Origin: Silvanigrellales bacterium
GTDB taxonomy: Bacteria > Bdellovibrionota_B > Oligoflexia > Silvanigrellales > Silvanigrellaceae
Reading direction: 5' to 3'
Length of the DNA: 12,121 nucleotides
NCBI GenBank assembly: GCA_020247005.1
Contig: JADCJN010000193.1
Coordinates: 1-12,121 of the forward strand
A program made the translations under genes and the position numbers. Positions 1 through 9,411 of this stretch are shown in pieces (positions within the stretch are counted from its first letter, which is position 1; each line of letters starts with the position of its first letter). The notes under the pieces are model-generated. The model searched no databases and had not been told where the DNA came from. It saw only the letters and a program-made list of their open reading frames with translations.

Positions 1-369
1 GCATGAGAGCAACGGCTTCTTCTCGGAAGAGCAACATTTGCGCCCGAATGTGAGCAATTTCTTGGTCAGAAAAGGGCTGCTCCTTCGTGCTTGGGGTTTT
101 GGAGGTGCCATGGGCCTTCGTAGGACTCGCACTCAGAAAGAAGGCCAGGACTGCGAGCGAGAGGAAGGAGATTGTGCTCGAAACGAGACGGGCTGCGGAC
201 ATGCAAAGACCTCCAAGATGCATTCTGACGGGCACGGTTCTTTACAGCGTGGGTGGGAGCACGTTTTTCGTCAAGTGAACACGCGGTTGATAAGCATAAG
301 TTCGATGCGAAGGGACTTTTTGACCGGACTTTGCGACAATGTGTCACTTCGTGCTCATTTCTTTCGTTA
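1..369 (+). promoter_or_regulatory. Long 5' non-coding leader/promoter region upstream of nrfH
   Basis: A frame stays open from the window edge to 370, but its translation is charged and low-complexity with no recognisable domain. All three frames are open here, which is a GC artefact. The region holds direct repeats GACGGGC (187-193 and 227-233) flanking an inverted repeat ATGCA (201-205) / TGCAT (219-223). It also holds a weak FNR-like TTGAT-N4-ATAAG (287-300). No confident -35/-10 can be called. Confidence 0.4.
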
Positions 370-783
370 ATGGGCATCATGGCCTTCCTTGTTTCTTTAG
401 GAAGCTTTGTCTTTATCTACGGAAAAGGGACTTCCTACCTTTCTAATAATCCGGCAGCGTGTGCGAACTGTCACGTCATGACCGCAACCTATGAGTCTTG
501 GAGCAAGTCTGACCACGCCCATGTTGCGGGCTGCAACGACTGTCACGTGCCTCACCATCCTGTTTTAAAATGGGTTGTGAAAGGCGTGAATGGATTTCAA
601 CACAGCTACGCTTTTACGTTTCAGGAGCTTCCTTCCGTTCTGCGCGCAGCACCGCTGTCGAAGCTGGTGGTGCAGACGACGTGCACGAGTTGCCACGCAG
701 GCCTCATTGGTCAGGCGGGCCTTGAGCACGGTGGGGGAGCCTGTGTCCGCTGCCACTCCGACGTTGGACACGAACATCATTAG
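370..783 (+). CDS. nrfH: Cytochrome c nitrite reductase small subunit NrfH (NapC/NirT-family tetraheme membrane quinol dehydrogenase)
   Basis: Four CXXCH motifs: CANCH (followed by VM, the CXXCHXM heme-1 Met-ligand signature), CNDCH, CTSCH and CVRCH. An N-terminal hydrophobic anchor MGIMAFLVSLGSFVFIYG is followed by TSYLSNNPAACANCHVM, very similar to the Wolinella NrfH N-terminus. The ORF-track start at 253 is GTG and would add 39 non-hydrophobic residues before the anchor, so ATG 370 (or 379) is preferred. No Shine-Dalgarno is visible. The gene lies 14 nt upstream of nrfA. Confidence 0.85.
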   Translation: MGIMAFLVSLGSFVFIYGKGTSYLSNNPAACANCHVMTATYESWSKSDHAHVAGCNDCHVPHHPVLKWVVKGVNGFQHSYAFTFQELPSVLRAAPLSKLVVQTTCTSCHAGLIGQAGLEHGGGACVRCHSDVGHEHH

Positions 784-797
784 CGAGGAAACGGATT

Positions 798-2363
798 GTG
801 TTTAGAATGGGAAAAATGAAGCGGCTTGGGATTGTTGTTTTCTCAGGCATTGCGGCGGCCATTCTCTTGGGCGCGTTCCTGGTTTCCATCGCCAGGCGCA
901 CCGAAGCAGCCAAACACACGCTCCCCGAGCTCGCTGTTCTGTCTGAAGCTGATGTGCGGCCCGAGGTTTGGGGTCGTGCCTTCCCAGAGCACTTCGCCCG
1001 GTATAGCGCGATGAAAGAAAACTCCGAGACGACTCCCTTTGGGGGAAGTCTGCCCTACAGCAAACTCTTGCGTTATCCGCAGCTCACCCGTCTTTGGGCT
1101 GGCTATCCGTTTGCTGCCGACTTCAACGAGGAGAGGTCTCACATCTATTCTCAAGTCGATCAAATGGAAACAAAACGAAACGATGCAAAGTGGCTCCAAG
1201 CTCACGGTTTTCCTGACTTCAAGGGCCAGCCTGGAGCATGCATGAATTGCCACAGTGGATGGGCGCCTTCTCTTATCCGAGAATTGGGCTGGGAGACATT
1301 CAACTCAACTCCCTACCAGGACCTCAAAGAGCATCTGGAAAAGAGCCACGGCGAAGGTATTCATGCAGGAGGTTTGGGCAGCACTTGTGCGGACTGTCAC
1401 TCTCCAAAGGACATGTCGCTTCGTATCACTCGCCCAGCCTATCTTCAGGCCATGATTTCTCGAGGTTATGCCGCTGACCCGGAAAAAGGCCTCGTTGCCA
1501 GCCCACAGGAAATGAGGAGTCACGTTTGTCAGCAGTGCCACGTGGAATATTATTTTCGAGGCGAAAACAAGGAACTGGTTTTCCCTTGGAGCAAATGGCC
1601 AAAGGAAAAGCCTTTGCGAATTGAAATGATTGAGTCTCACTACACCGAGGTTGCCGCTGCGGGTGTCTTTTCAAAAGACTGGGTGCATTCCGAGTCGAAA
1701 GCACCCATGCTCAAGGCCCAGCATCCTGAAACGGAGCTTTTTTCAAGCGGCCTGCATGCCCGTTCGGGAGTCTCCTGTGCAGATTGTCACATGCCCTACA
1801 AACGAGTGGGTGCCCGTAAAATTACGGAACACAACATCCGTTCTCCTTTGTTTGACGTGCGTTCGTCCTGTGGAGCGTGTCATAACCAAAGCGACGAGCA
1901 TTTGCGGGAAAGAGTTCTTTCCGTCCAGAGAAAAACATCGGAACAGCTCCGAGCAACCGAGGGAAATTTGCTCGCGCTCATTTCCGACATCCAAGCGGCG
2001 CGCTTGGCTCTCGAGAATGCCGGACTTGCCGGTCGCGCCGACGACATTCTTGCCCGGGCTAAAGCGTCTCACCGCACCGCGAGCTTTCGTTGGGACTTCA
2101 TTTCGAGCGAGAACAGCACGGGGTTTCATAGTCCACAGGAAAGCATGCGGGTTTTGGCTGTGGCGTCGGAAGAAGCCAGACGCGGTCAATTCGCCCTGGT
2201 GGAAGACCTTGCGAAGGAACGCATCGTGTTCGTGCCTTCGGCTGACGTGAGGGCCTGGCCTTTGGAGGGCACACCGATACCAGAGCTCGTTGCGCCCGTC
2301 GGTCAACCCCCCAGCAAAAGCCATCGGGACTGCGACTCCGACCTCGAGAACGGGTGTCTGTGA
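798..2363 (+). CDS. nrfA: Pentaheme cytochrome c nitrite reductase catalytic subunit NrfA (cytochrome c552 family), CXXCH-type active-site heme
   Basis: Five heme-binding motifs: CMNCH, CADCH, CQQCH, CADCH and CGACH. The first motif is CXXCH rather than the CXXCK found in enteric NrfA. Length (521 aa) and overall architecture are typical. The N-terminus has a hydrophobic signal/anchor (LGIVVFSGIAAAILLGAFLVSIA). GAGG lies 8 nt upstream of GTG 798; alternative ATG starts are at 807 and 816. Confidence 0.9.
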   Translation: MFRMGKMKRLGIVVFSGIAAAILLGAFLVSIARRTEAAKHTLPELAVLSEADVRPEVWGRAFPEHFARYSAMKENSETTPFGGSLPYSKLLRYPQLTRLWAGYPFAADFNEERSHIYSQVDQMETKRNDAKWLQAHGFPDFKGQPGACMNCHSGWAPSLIRELGWETFNSTPYQDLKEHLEKSHGEGIHAGGLGSTCADCHSPKDMSLRITRPAYLQAMISRGYAADPEKGLVASPQEMRSHVCQQCHVEYYFRGENKELVFPWSKWPKEKPLRIEMIESHYTEVAAAGVFSKDWVHSESKAPMLKAQHPETELFSSGLHARSGVSCADCHMPYKRVGARKITEHNIRSPLFDVRSSCGACHNQSDEHLRERVLSVQRKTSEQLRATEGNLLALISDIQAARLALENAGLAGRADDILARAKASHRTASFRWDFISSENSTGFHSPQESMRVLAVASEEARRGQFALVEDLAKERIVFVPSADVRAWPLEGTPIPELVAPVGQPPSKSHRDCDSDLENGCL

Positions 2364-2378
2364 GCGGATTGAGGAGAG

Positions 2379-4016
2379 TTACTTGCGGCAGACGCGGGCG
2401 TCCTGAAAGAACCCCCCGGGAACGCACTTTGCACCCGAGCCGCATTGAGCGTCGGTGGAGCAAATGCAGCTGCGGGTGACGGCGCAGTTGGGGGCCGTGG
2501 GGAGGGTGCTTTCGCCTTTCGTTTCCTGGTTGATGCTTGCCCAAAGGGAGCTCACGAAAAGGCCATCCGGATCCATTCGGGTGCGAATGGCTTCAAAGTC
2601 ATTCCATTGCGGGTATTGTGCAGCACCCAACTTCACAAAATAGGGGGTGCTGTTCTTTGCCCAGTGCGGCCTTCCTTTGTACTTGGCAAGGGTCATTTGA
2701 ACGATTTCGTCGTAAACGTCGCTCCACTTCTCGAGCCCTGGTTCTTTGTTCTGCACAATGTGAATTTCAAAGATGGCGCTGTCTTCTTGGAAGGCCTGAG
2801 CAAGAGCTCCTTTCGAAGCCTTTGAGAAGCGCAAGTAGAGCCCATTAATGAAACACGCCTGACGAGCATCCAAGATGCTGCGCACGTCGCTTACCCATTT
2901 CGGAAAATCTGCGAGGGGAAAGGCGACTTCCACGGTGCGCGACTTCGTTCCTGTTTCCCAGGGGCATTTGTCTCCGCGGCAATTTCCGGCAAGCATTTTA
3001 TGGGAAAATCCGACGGGATTTTTTCGGGGTGAGTCGATGACTTTGAAAAAACCACCAAAGGTTTTCGTTCGCACGAACTCGGCGGTGCAGGACGCAAACT
3101 TACTTGCATTCAATACCTGATTGGGGAGATCTCCCAAAATGGAGGTGTCCGGAATCGCAGTCCACGTGGTGCTGAAAGAATCACCTTTTTCTGTGACAGG
3201 CACCTTCTCGAAGGTTTCAAGGACGTATTCGTTGTTTGTTGGAAACCAACTTGCTTTTGCATACTCAGCCCCCGCAATTTGCTGACTCAGTTCTGAACTG
3301 AGTTTGCTGTCGTCGAACCGCGACACCCCGAAGCGGAGCTTGAACTGAGGAACGATTCGCATTTTGAGTTGCACGACTGCGCCGAGAAGCCCGAGGTGGA
3401 CGCGGACAGGGTCGAGTTCTTTTCCAGAAAAGACCTGGCGCTCGCCTTTCCCGTTAATGACGGTCATTTCTTCGGTCCAATCGGCGATGCCGCTGGCGAG
3501 ACTCAGGGAACTGTGGTGAGCACCCGTCGCGGTTGCACCGGCAAGCGTCACATCGTTGTAGTCGGGTGTTACCGGAAAAGCATAGCCCTGCTTGTGCAGT
3601 TCCTCTTGAAGATCGATGATGCGGACGCCGGGTTCGACCGTTGCCGTTGGCACGGATGAGGTCGTGTCGATGGCAATAATCTTATTGAGTTTGTGCAGAT
3701 TGAGAACCACGCCTCCATCGGTTGGGCAGATGACCGTGCTGTAGGAGTGTGGCTTCTCTTGCGAGACCACTCGGACTGTCTTGCCGCTTCCTCGCACTAA
3801 TTTGATGACGTCTTGCACTTCTGTTTCGTTGGAAGCCTCTGCATATGCGCCTTGTGGACATATGATGCTGCCATTATAATTTGCCAGTGATGCTATACGA
3901 TCGAGCTTCGAGGCGCTGCTTGAAGTGGACTTCTCGCCGAATTTTCGAGTTGCGCAACTCGCTGCAAGAGTCATGAGGAGGCACGAGATCGATACGACCG
4001 TTCGTTTCGTTTGCAT
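2379..4016 (-). CDS. Secreted/lipoprotein FAD-linked oxidase of the D-arabinono-1,4-lactone / L-gulonolactone oxidase family (FAD_binding_4 + ALO C-terminal domain) with Cys-rich C-terminal tail
   Basis: The N-terminal part resembles a PCMH-type FAD-binding domain. It carries a PHS motif at the position of the covalent-FAD histidine (GHS). The C-terminal part contains the HWAK motif typical of the ALO domain. The likely start is Met38 of the track ORF (rc ATG at 4014-4016). This gives MQTKRTVVSISCLLMTLAASC, a signal peptide that may be a lipoprotein signal. The last ~35 aa carry six Cys (CAVTRSCICSTDAQCGSGAKCVPGGFFQDARVCRK). Track-ORF upstream extension to 4127 is unlikely because the signal peptide would be internal. 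Confidence 0.75.
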   Translation of the reverse strand: MQTKRTVVSISCLLMTLAASCATRKFGEKSTSSSASKLDRIASLANYNGSIICPQGAYAEASNETEVQDVIKLVRGSGKTVRVVSQEKPHSYSTVICPTDGGVVLNLHKLNKIIAIDTTSSVPTATVEPGVRIIDLQEELHKQGYAFPVTPDYNDVTLAGATATGAHHSSLSLASGIADWTEEMTVINGKGERQVFSGKELDPVRVHLGLLGAVVQLKMRIVPQFKLRFGVSRFDDSKLSSELSQQIAGAEYAKASWFPTNNEYVLETFEKVPVTEKGDSFSTTWTAIPDTSILGDLPNQVLNASKFASCTAEFVRTKTFGGFFKVIDSPRKNPVGFSHKMLAGNCRGDKCPWETGTKSRTVEVAFPLADFPKWVSDVRSILDARQACFINGLYLRFSKASKGALAQAFQEDSAIFEIHIVQNKEPGLEKWSDVYDEIVQMTLAKYKGRPHWAKNSTPYFVKLGAAQYPQWNDFEAIRTRMDPDGLFVSSLWASINQETKGESTLPTAPNCAVTRSCICSTDAQCGSGAKCVPGGFFQDARVCRK

Positions 4017-6452
<2,436 letters not shown>

Positions 6453-6538
6453 CGACGCTCCGAGGGGCGGTTGTTCACACAACGGAGAAAGAAAGGTAGC
6501 CTCAGGAGAGACACCTCTTTTTCACCGAGTAGACAAAA

Positions 6539-8326
6539 TTGAAGAAAATACATTTTTTTCTCTCTTCCGTCGGCGTGCTGGCATTTACGGACGTGTTTTT
6601 GGTTCACGATGCTGCCTGGCTGGTGCGCCATGGAACGGGCCTGCGGTTCTACGTCAATTGGGCCGTTTCGACGTTGTTCTTGGCGGCGGCCCTTTGGCTT
6701 GTGCGCGCGGGGCTCGCGCGGTGGAAAGCTTCGGAAGTCATGCGTCGGTTCAAAGGGCAGGTTTGTGTGTGCCTTTGGACTGTGACTGCGGCGCTCGTGG
6801 CGTTACCCGCCTTGGCGCAGCTTGCGCACTTCAAGGTTTACAACGACACTATTCGCCCCAACGGATTCGATTTTGCCGCTAAGAACGCCATGGAGACCAT
6901 GACGTACTTCTTCGACCTCATCTCATTGCCTCGCATGTTCCTTGCTGTTGTTGGTCTGGCGGCTGGGTTGATTCTTCTGGCGCGCTCCGTAGATTCCTGT
7001 GCGCCGCGCCGACCACTGCTGTCTCGCACAGGGCTTGCCGTGTGTTCCCTCCTTGTTTGCGGACTTCTGCCTGCGGGGGCTTACAATTGGTATTCCGTGG
7101 CACTTTACCAAAACAGCGTCTATGCGTTTTACGGAACGTTGCTGGAATCGTTTTCCATTCGGTTTGGCGCATTCGCTTTTCAAAAACCGACGGTGCCTCC
7201 GGATGCCCGCACGGCGCGCGATCTTCCCAACATCATTTGGGTTGTGGGTGAGTCTGCGGCGCGTAGCCACATGCAGATTTATGGATACAGGCGCCCAACG
7301 ACTCCAAAGCTCCAGGCCCTCCTGGATGATGGGACGTTGGTTCGATTCGACGACATGTTGGCTGTTGGCAATAAAACAATGCTCTCGCTTCCCTACATGC
7401 TTTTTGGTCTCGAAGGGCCCGATCCAAAAGGGCGTATTTACAGCCATCCGAGCATTTTTAACTACGCAAAAGCAAGAGGTATGCGAACCGCGTTCTTTAG
7501 TGCCCAAGACATCCGTTGGTACAACTTCGACAAGCTCGTGGTCGACAACTCGCTCGACGTTGTGCGGCCTGGACCTGAATTCTCGGCGAACGTCACGGTG
7601 CGCACGGGAGCTGACGACCATGATGTCATTCGGAAGGGAGTCCTTCCCTTTGTCACAGAAACCAGCGCGCCTTTTTTTCTGGTTTACCAAATGAATGGCA
7701 GCCACTACCCCTATGCCGATCACTCACCGCCTTGGGCAAAAATCTTCCTTCCCGAAGGTGAACCAAATTCTCGCAACGCTTATGACAACAGCGTTCGTTA
7801 CTCTGATTCCGCATTGGCCGAACTGGTGGAGAATGTGCGGCGCCAGAAGCCCAACACGTGGATTTTTTTCGTGTCCGATCATGGGCAGTCGATTGCCGAT
7901 GGCCGGGAGTCGAAAGCGCAATTCCATGCCGGATACGACGCGGACGTTATTGTCGTTCCTTCTTTCGTCGTGCCTCCCGTAACGCTGCTGCCAAATGAGC
8001 TTGCAACTCTGCGTGAAAATGCGAAGGGCCCGACGTCCCAGTCCGACATTTTTGCAACCGTACTCGACATCTTTGATGCCACTCCCATTCGGCCCATCGA
8101 TGGGCTTTCCTGGCGTGTTCCTGTTCCGCCTGACCGAGTGCGCATTTGCAGCGAATTCATGCCCACGTTTTCCAACAACCCCAATGCCGCCTACGTCGAT
8201 GAGAACCGACGAATTTTCCGCCTGGATTTCACGAAAATGCAGGTGTTCGACGACCAGAACAATCTGCATTCCCGCATCAGTGAACTCGACAAAAGCATTT
8301 TGAAGGTGCTTGAAAGGAGACTTTAA
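6539..8326 (+). CDS. Phosphoethanolamine transferase of the EptA/EptB/MCR family (lipid A / LPS core modification; sulfatase-fold periplasmic domain with 5-TM N-terminal domain)
   Basis: Five predicted N-terminal TM helices (approx. residues 8-28, 37-56, 75-96, 120-147 and 162-180). The periplasmic domain carries IIWVVGESAARSHM (metal/nucleophile motif, with Ser at the position of the usual Thr), GSHYPY, NAYDNSVRYSD and FFVSDHGQS (Asp-His metal ligands), all typical of MCR-1/EptA. The apparent start is TTG at 6539; there is no in-frame ATG for 66 codons, and a later start would delete TM1. The stop TAA overlaps the next gene's ATG (TAATG). Confidence 0.8.
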   Translation: MKKIHFFLSSVGVLAFTDVFLVHDAAWLVRHGTGLRFYVNWAVSTLFLAAALWLVRAGLARWKASEVMRRFKGQVCVCLWTVTAALVALPALAQLAHFKVYNDTIRPNGFDFAAKNAMETMTYFFDLISLPRMFLAVVGLAAGLILLARSVDSCAPRRPLLSRTGLAVCSLLVCGLLPAGAYNWYSVALYQNSVYAFYGTLLESFSIRFGAFAFQKPTVPPDARTARDLPNIIWVVGESAARSHMQIYGYRRPTTPKLQALLDDGTLVRFDDMLAVGNKTMLSLPYMLFGLEGPDPKGRIYSHPSIFNYAKARGMRTAFFSAQDIRWYNFDKLVVDNSLDVVRPGPEFSANVTVRTGADDHDVIRKGVLPFVTETSAPFFLVYQMNGSHYPYADHSPPWAKIFLPEGEPNSRNAYDNSVRYSDSALAELVENVRRQKPNTWIFFVSDHGQSIADGRESKAQFHAGYDADVIVVPSFVVPPVTLLPNELATLRENAKGPTSQSDIFATVLDIFDATPIRPIDGLSWRVPVPPDRVRICSEFMPTFSNNPNAAYVDENRRIFRLDFTKMQVFDDQNNLHSRISELDKSILKVLERRL

Positions 8327-9285
8327 TGTCGGAAAAGAGCAAACCCTACGAATTACATCTTGAGCGCGTCTACGACGCTTCAGTCAATCAGCTGTGGGCT
8401 GCTTGGACCGACCCCGAACAGCTTGCGCTGTGGTGGGGCCCGCGCGGCTTTTCTCTCACGACCCATGGCCGGGAACTCAAGCCAGGTGGCCTATGGCACT
8501 ACACCATGCATGGCCCCGATGGCACTGATTATGAAAACAAGACCCTCTATTTGGAGGTGGAGTCTCATTCGCGGCTCGTCTACGACCATGGGGGAAATGA
8601 CGAGCGCAAGCCTTTGTTCCGCGTGATCGTGCAGTTTTCGGAAAGCGATGGCAAAGCGAAAATGAACATGATCATGACGCTCCCCACCGCCGAAGCAGCA
8701 GCGCAAACTCGCGTGCACATTCAAAAGGTGGGTGGACATGCCACATGGGACAGGCTGGGAGAGCATCTGGAGGCCCGTGCGTCGGGTGCCGACATTTTCC
8801 TCATCAATCGAACTTTTCAGGCTCTGCCCGCCTCGGTTTTTGCTCAGTGGATCACCTCTGAACAGTTGGCTCGCTGGTTGCCGCCTGTGGGGGCGAAGAT
8901 GGAATTCTTGAAAGCCGATATCCGGGAAGGAGGACAGGCTCTCGCTCGCATGCGCTATGCCGACGGCACCACTCTTTTTAGCAAGTCCATCTATGAGGTT
9001 ATTCGGCCCCATACTCTTTTGCGATACACACAGGGGTTTTGCGACGAACAAGGCCAAGCCACACGCTTTGCACTGGAGCCCCGATGGCCACAATCGATGT
9101 CGACCACCGTGATTTTCGCGCCAGAAGGCAATGGTGCCACGCGGGTCACTGTTCGTTGGGATCTCGACAAAAATGCGACAGCAGAAGAGCGGGCTGTGTT
9201 CACTTCTGCTCGAGGTGGCATGACTTTGGGATGGACGGGGTCGTTCGACAAGCTTGAAGCTGAGCTCGCGGCGTCGTCGCGCTGA
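8326..9285 (+). CDS. Tandem-domain SRPBCC superfamily protein (two AHSA1/Activator-of-Hsp90-ATPase-like ligand-binding domains)
   Basis: Two ~150-aa repeats each open with the AHSA1-type signature. The first is LERVYDASVNQLWAAWTDPEQLALWWGPRGF and the second is INRTFQALPASVFAQWITSEQLARWLPPVGAK. AAGGAG lies 6 nt before the ATG. The start overlaps the ept stop by 1 nt, implying translational coupling. The end coordinate is taken from the ORF track. Confidence 0.7.
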   Translation: MSEKSKPYELHLERVYDASVNQLWAAWTDPEQLALWWGPRGFSLTTHGRELKPGGLWHYTMHGPDGTDYENKTLYLEVESHSRLVYDHGGNDERKPLFRVIVQFSESDGKAKMNMIMTLPTAEAAAQTRVHIQKVGGHATWDRLGEHLEARASGADIFLINRTFQALPASVFAQWITSEQLARWLPPVGAKMEFLKADIREGGQALARMRYADGTTLFSKSIYEVIRPHTLLRYTQGFCDEQGQATRFALEPRWPQSMSTTVIFAPEGNGATRVTVRWDLDKNATAEERAVFTSARGGMTLGWTGSFDKLEAELAASSR

Positions 9286-9336
9286 GAAGCGCGCTCGGGA
9301 ACGGAAGTCTTGAATTTTCACCTTGCCTCGACCGCG

Positions 9337-9364
9337 TTGACGCTTTCTCCCTGAATGTTAGTGT
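9337..9364 (+). promoter_or_regulatory. Candidate sigma70-type promoter for the SPFH/DUF4178 module
   Basis: -35 TTGACG (9337-9342), 16-nt spacer, then an extended -10 TGtTAGTGT (9356-9364). A 10-bp perfect palindrome CCCAATTGGG (9372-9381) sits at the predicted +1 to +10, as a repressor operator would. This is a by-eye call in a GC-rich genome. Confidence 0.3.
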
Positions 9365-9411
9365 TGCGTTCCCCAATTGGGAACTCGAAAACGGCACGCG
9401 CGGGAGTCAGC

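Noticed and set aside
253-369. ORF-track start of nrfH at 253.
   Set aside because: It is a GTG codon. It would put 39 hydrophilic residues ahead of the membrane anchor, unlike known NrfH. ATG 370 reproduces the canonical N-terminus.
2-370. Frame open from the 5' edge to 370 (includes track ORF 38..370), possibly the C-terminus of an upstream gene.
   Set aside because: The translation is charged and low-complexity (EGQDCEREEGDCARNETGCGHAK...) with no domain-like pattern. All three frames are open here and it overlaps the nrfH start. Treated as a GC-bias artefact.
1630-2250. 206-aa alternative-frame ORF inside nrfA.
   Set aside because: It overlaps the heme-motif-bearing NrfA frame. It is Arg/Ser/Pro-rich with no CXXCH context, so it is a shadow ORF.
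2364-2378. Looked for an intrinsic terminator between convergent nrfA and the oxidase gene.
   Set aside because: Only 15 bp separate the two stops. There is no GC stem plus U-run. Transcripts must end inside the opposing gene or by other means.
2379-4016. Lower GC of the oxidase gene (~50%) as a sign of horizontal acquisition.
   Set aside because: nrfA is similarly ~50-53% by spot counts, and local GC ranges from 45% to 75% within single genes. No flanking mobile-element signatures. Evidence is insufficient.
9278-9294. Hairpin CGCGCT-gaga-AGCGCG straddling the SRPBCC stop codon.
   Set aside because: A 6-bp stem with a GNRA-like loop but no following U-run. The printed sequence in this line disagrees with the ORF track by about 1 nt, so the exact geometry is uncertain. 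Not called as a terminator.
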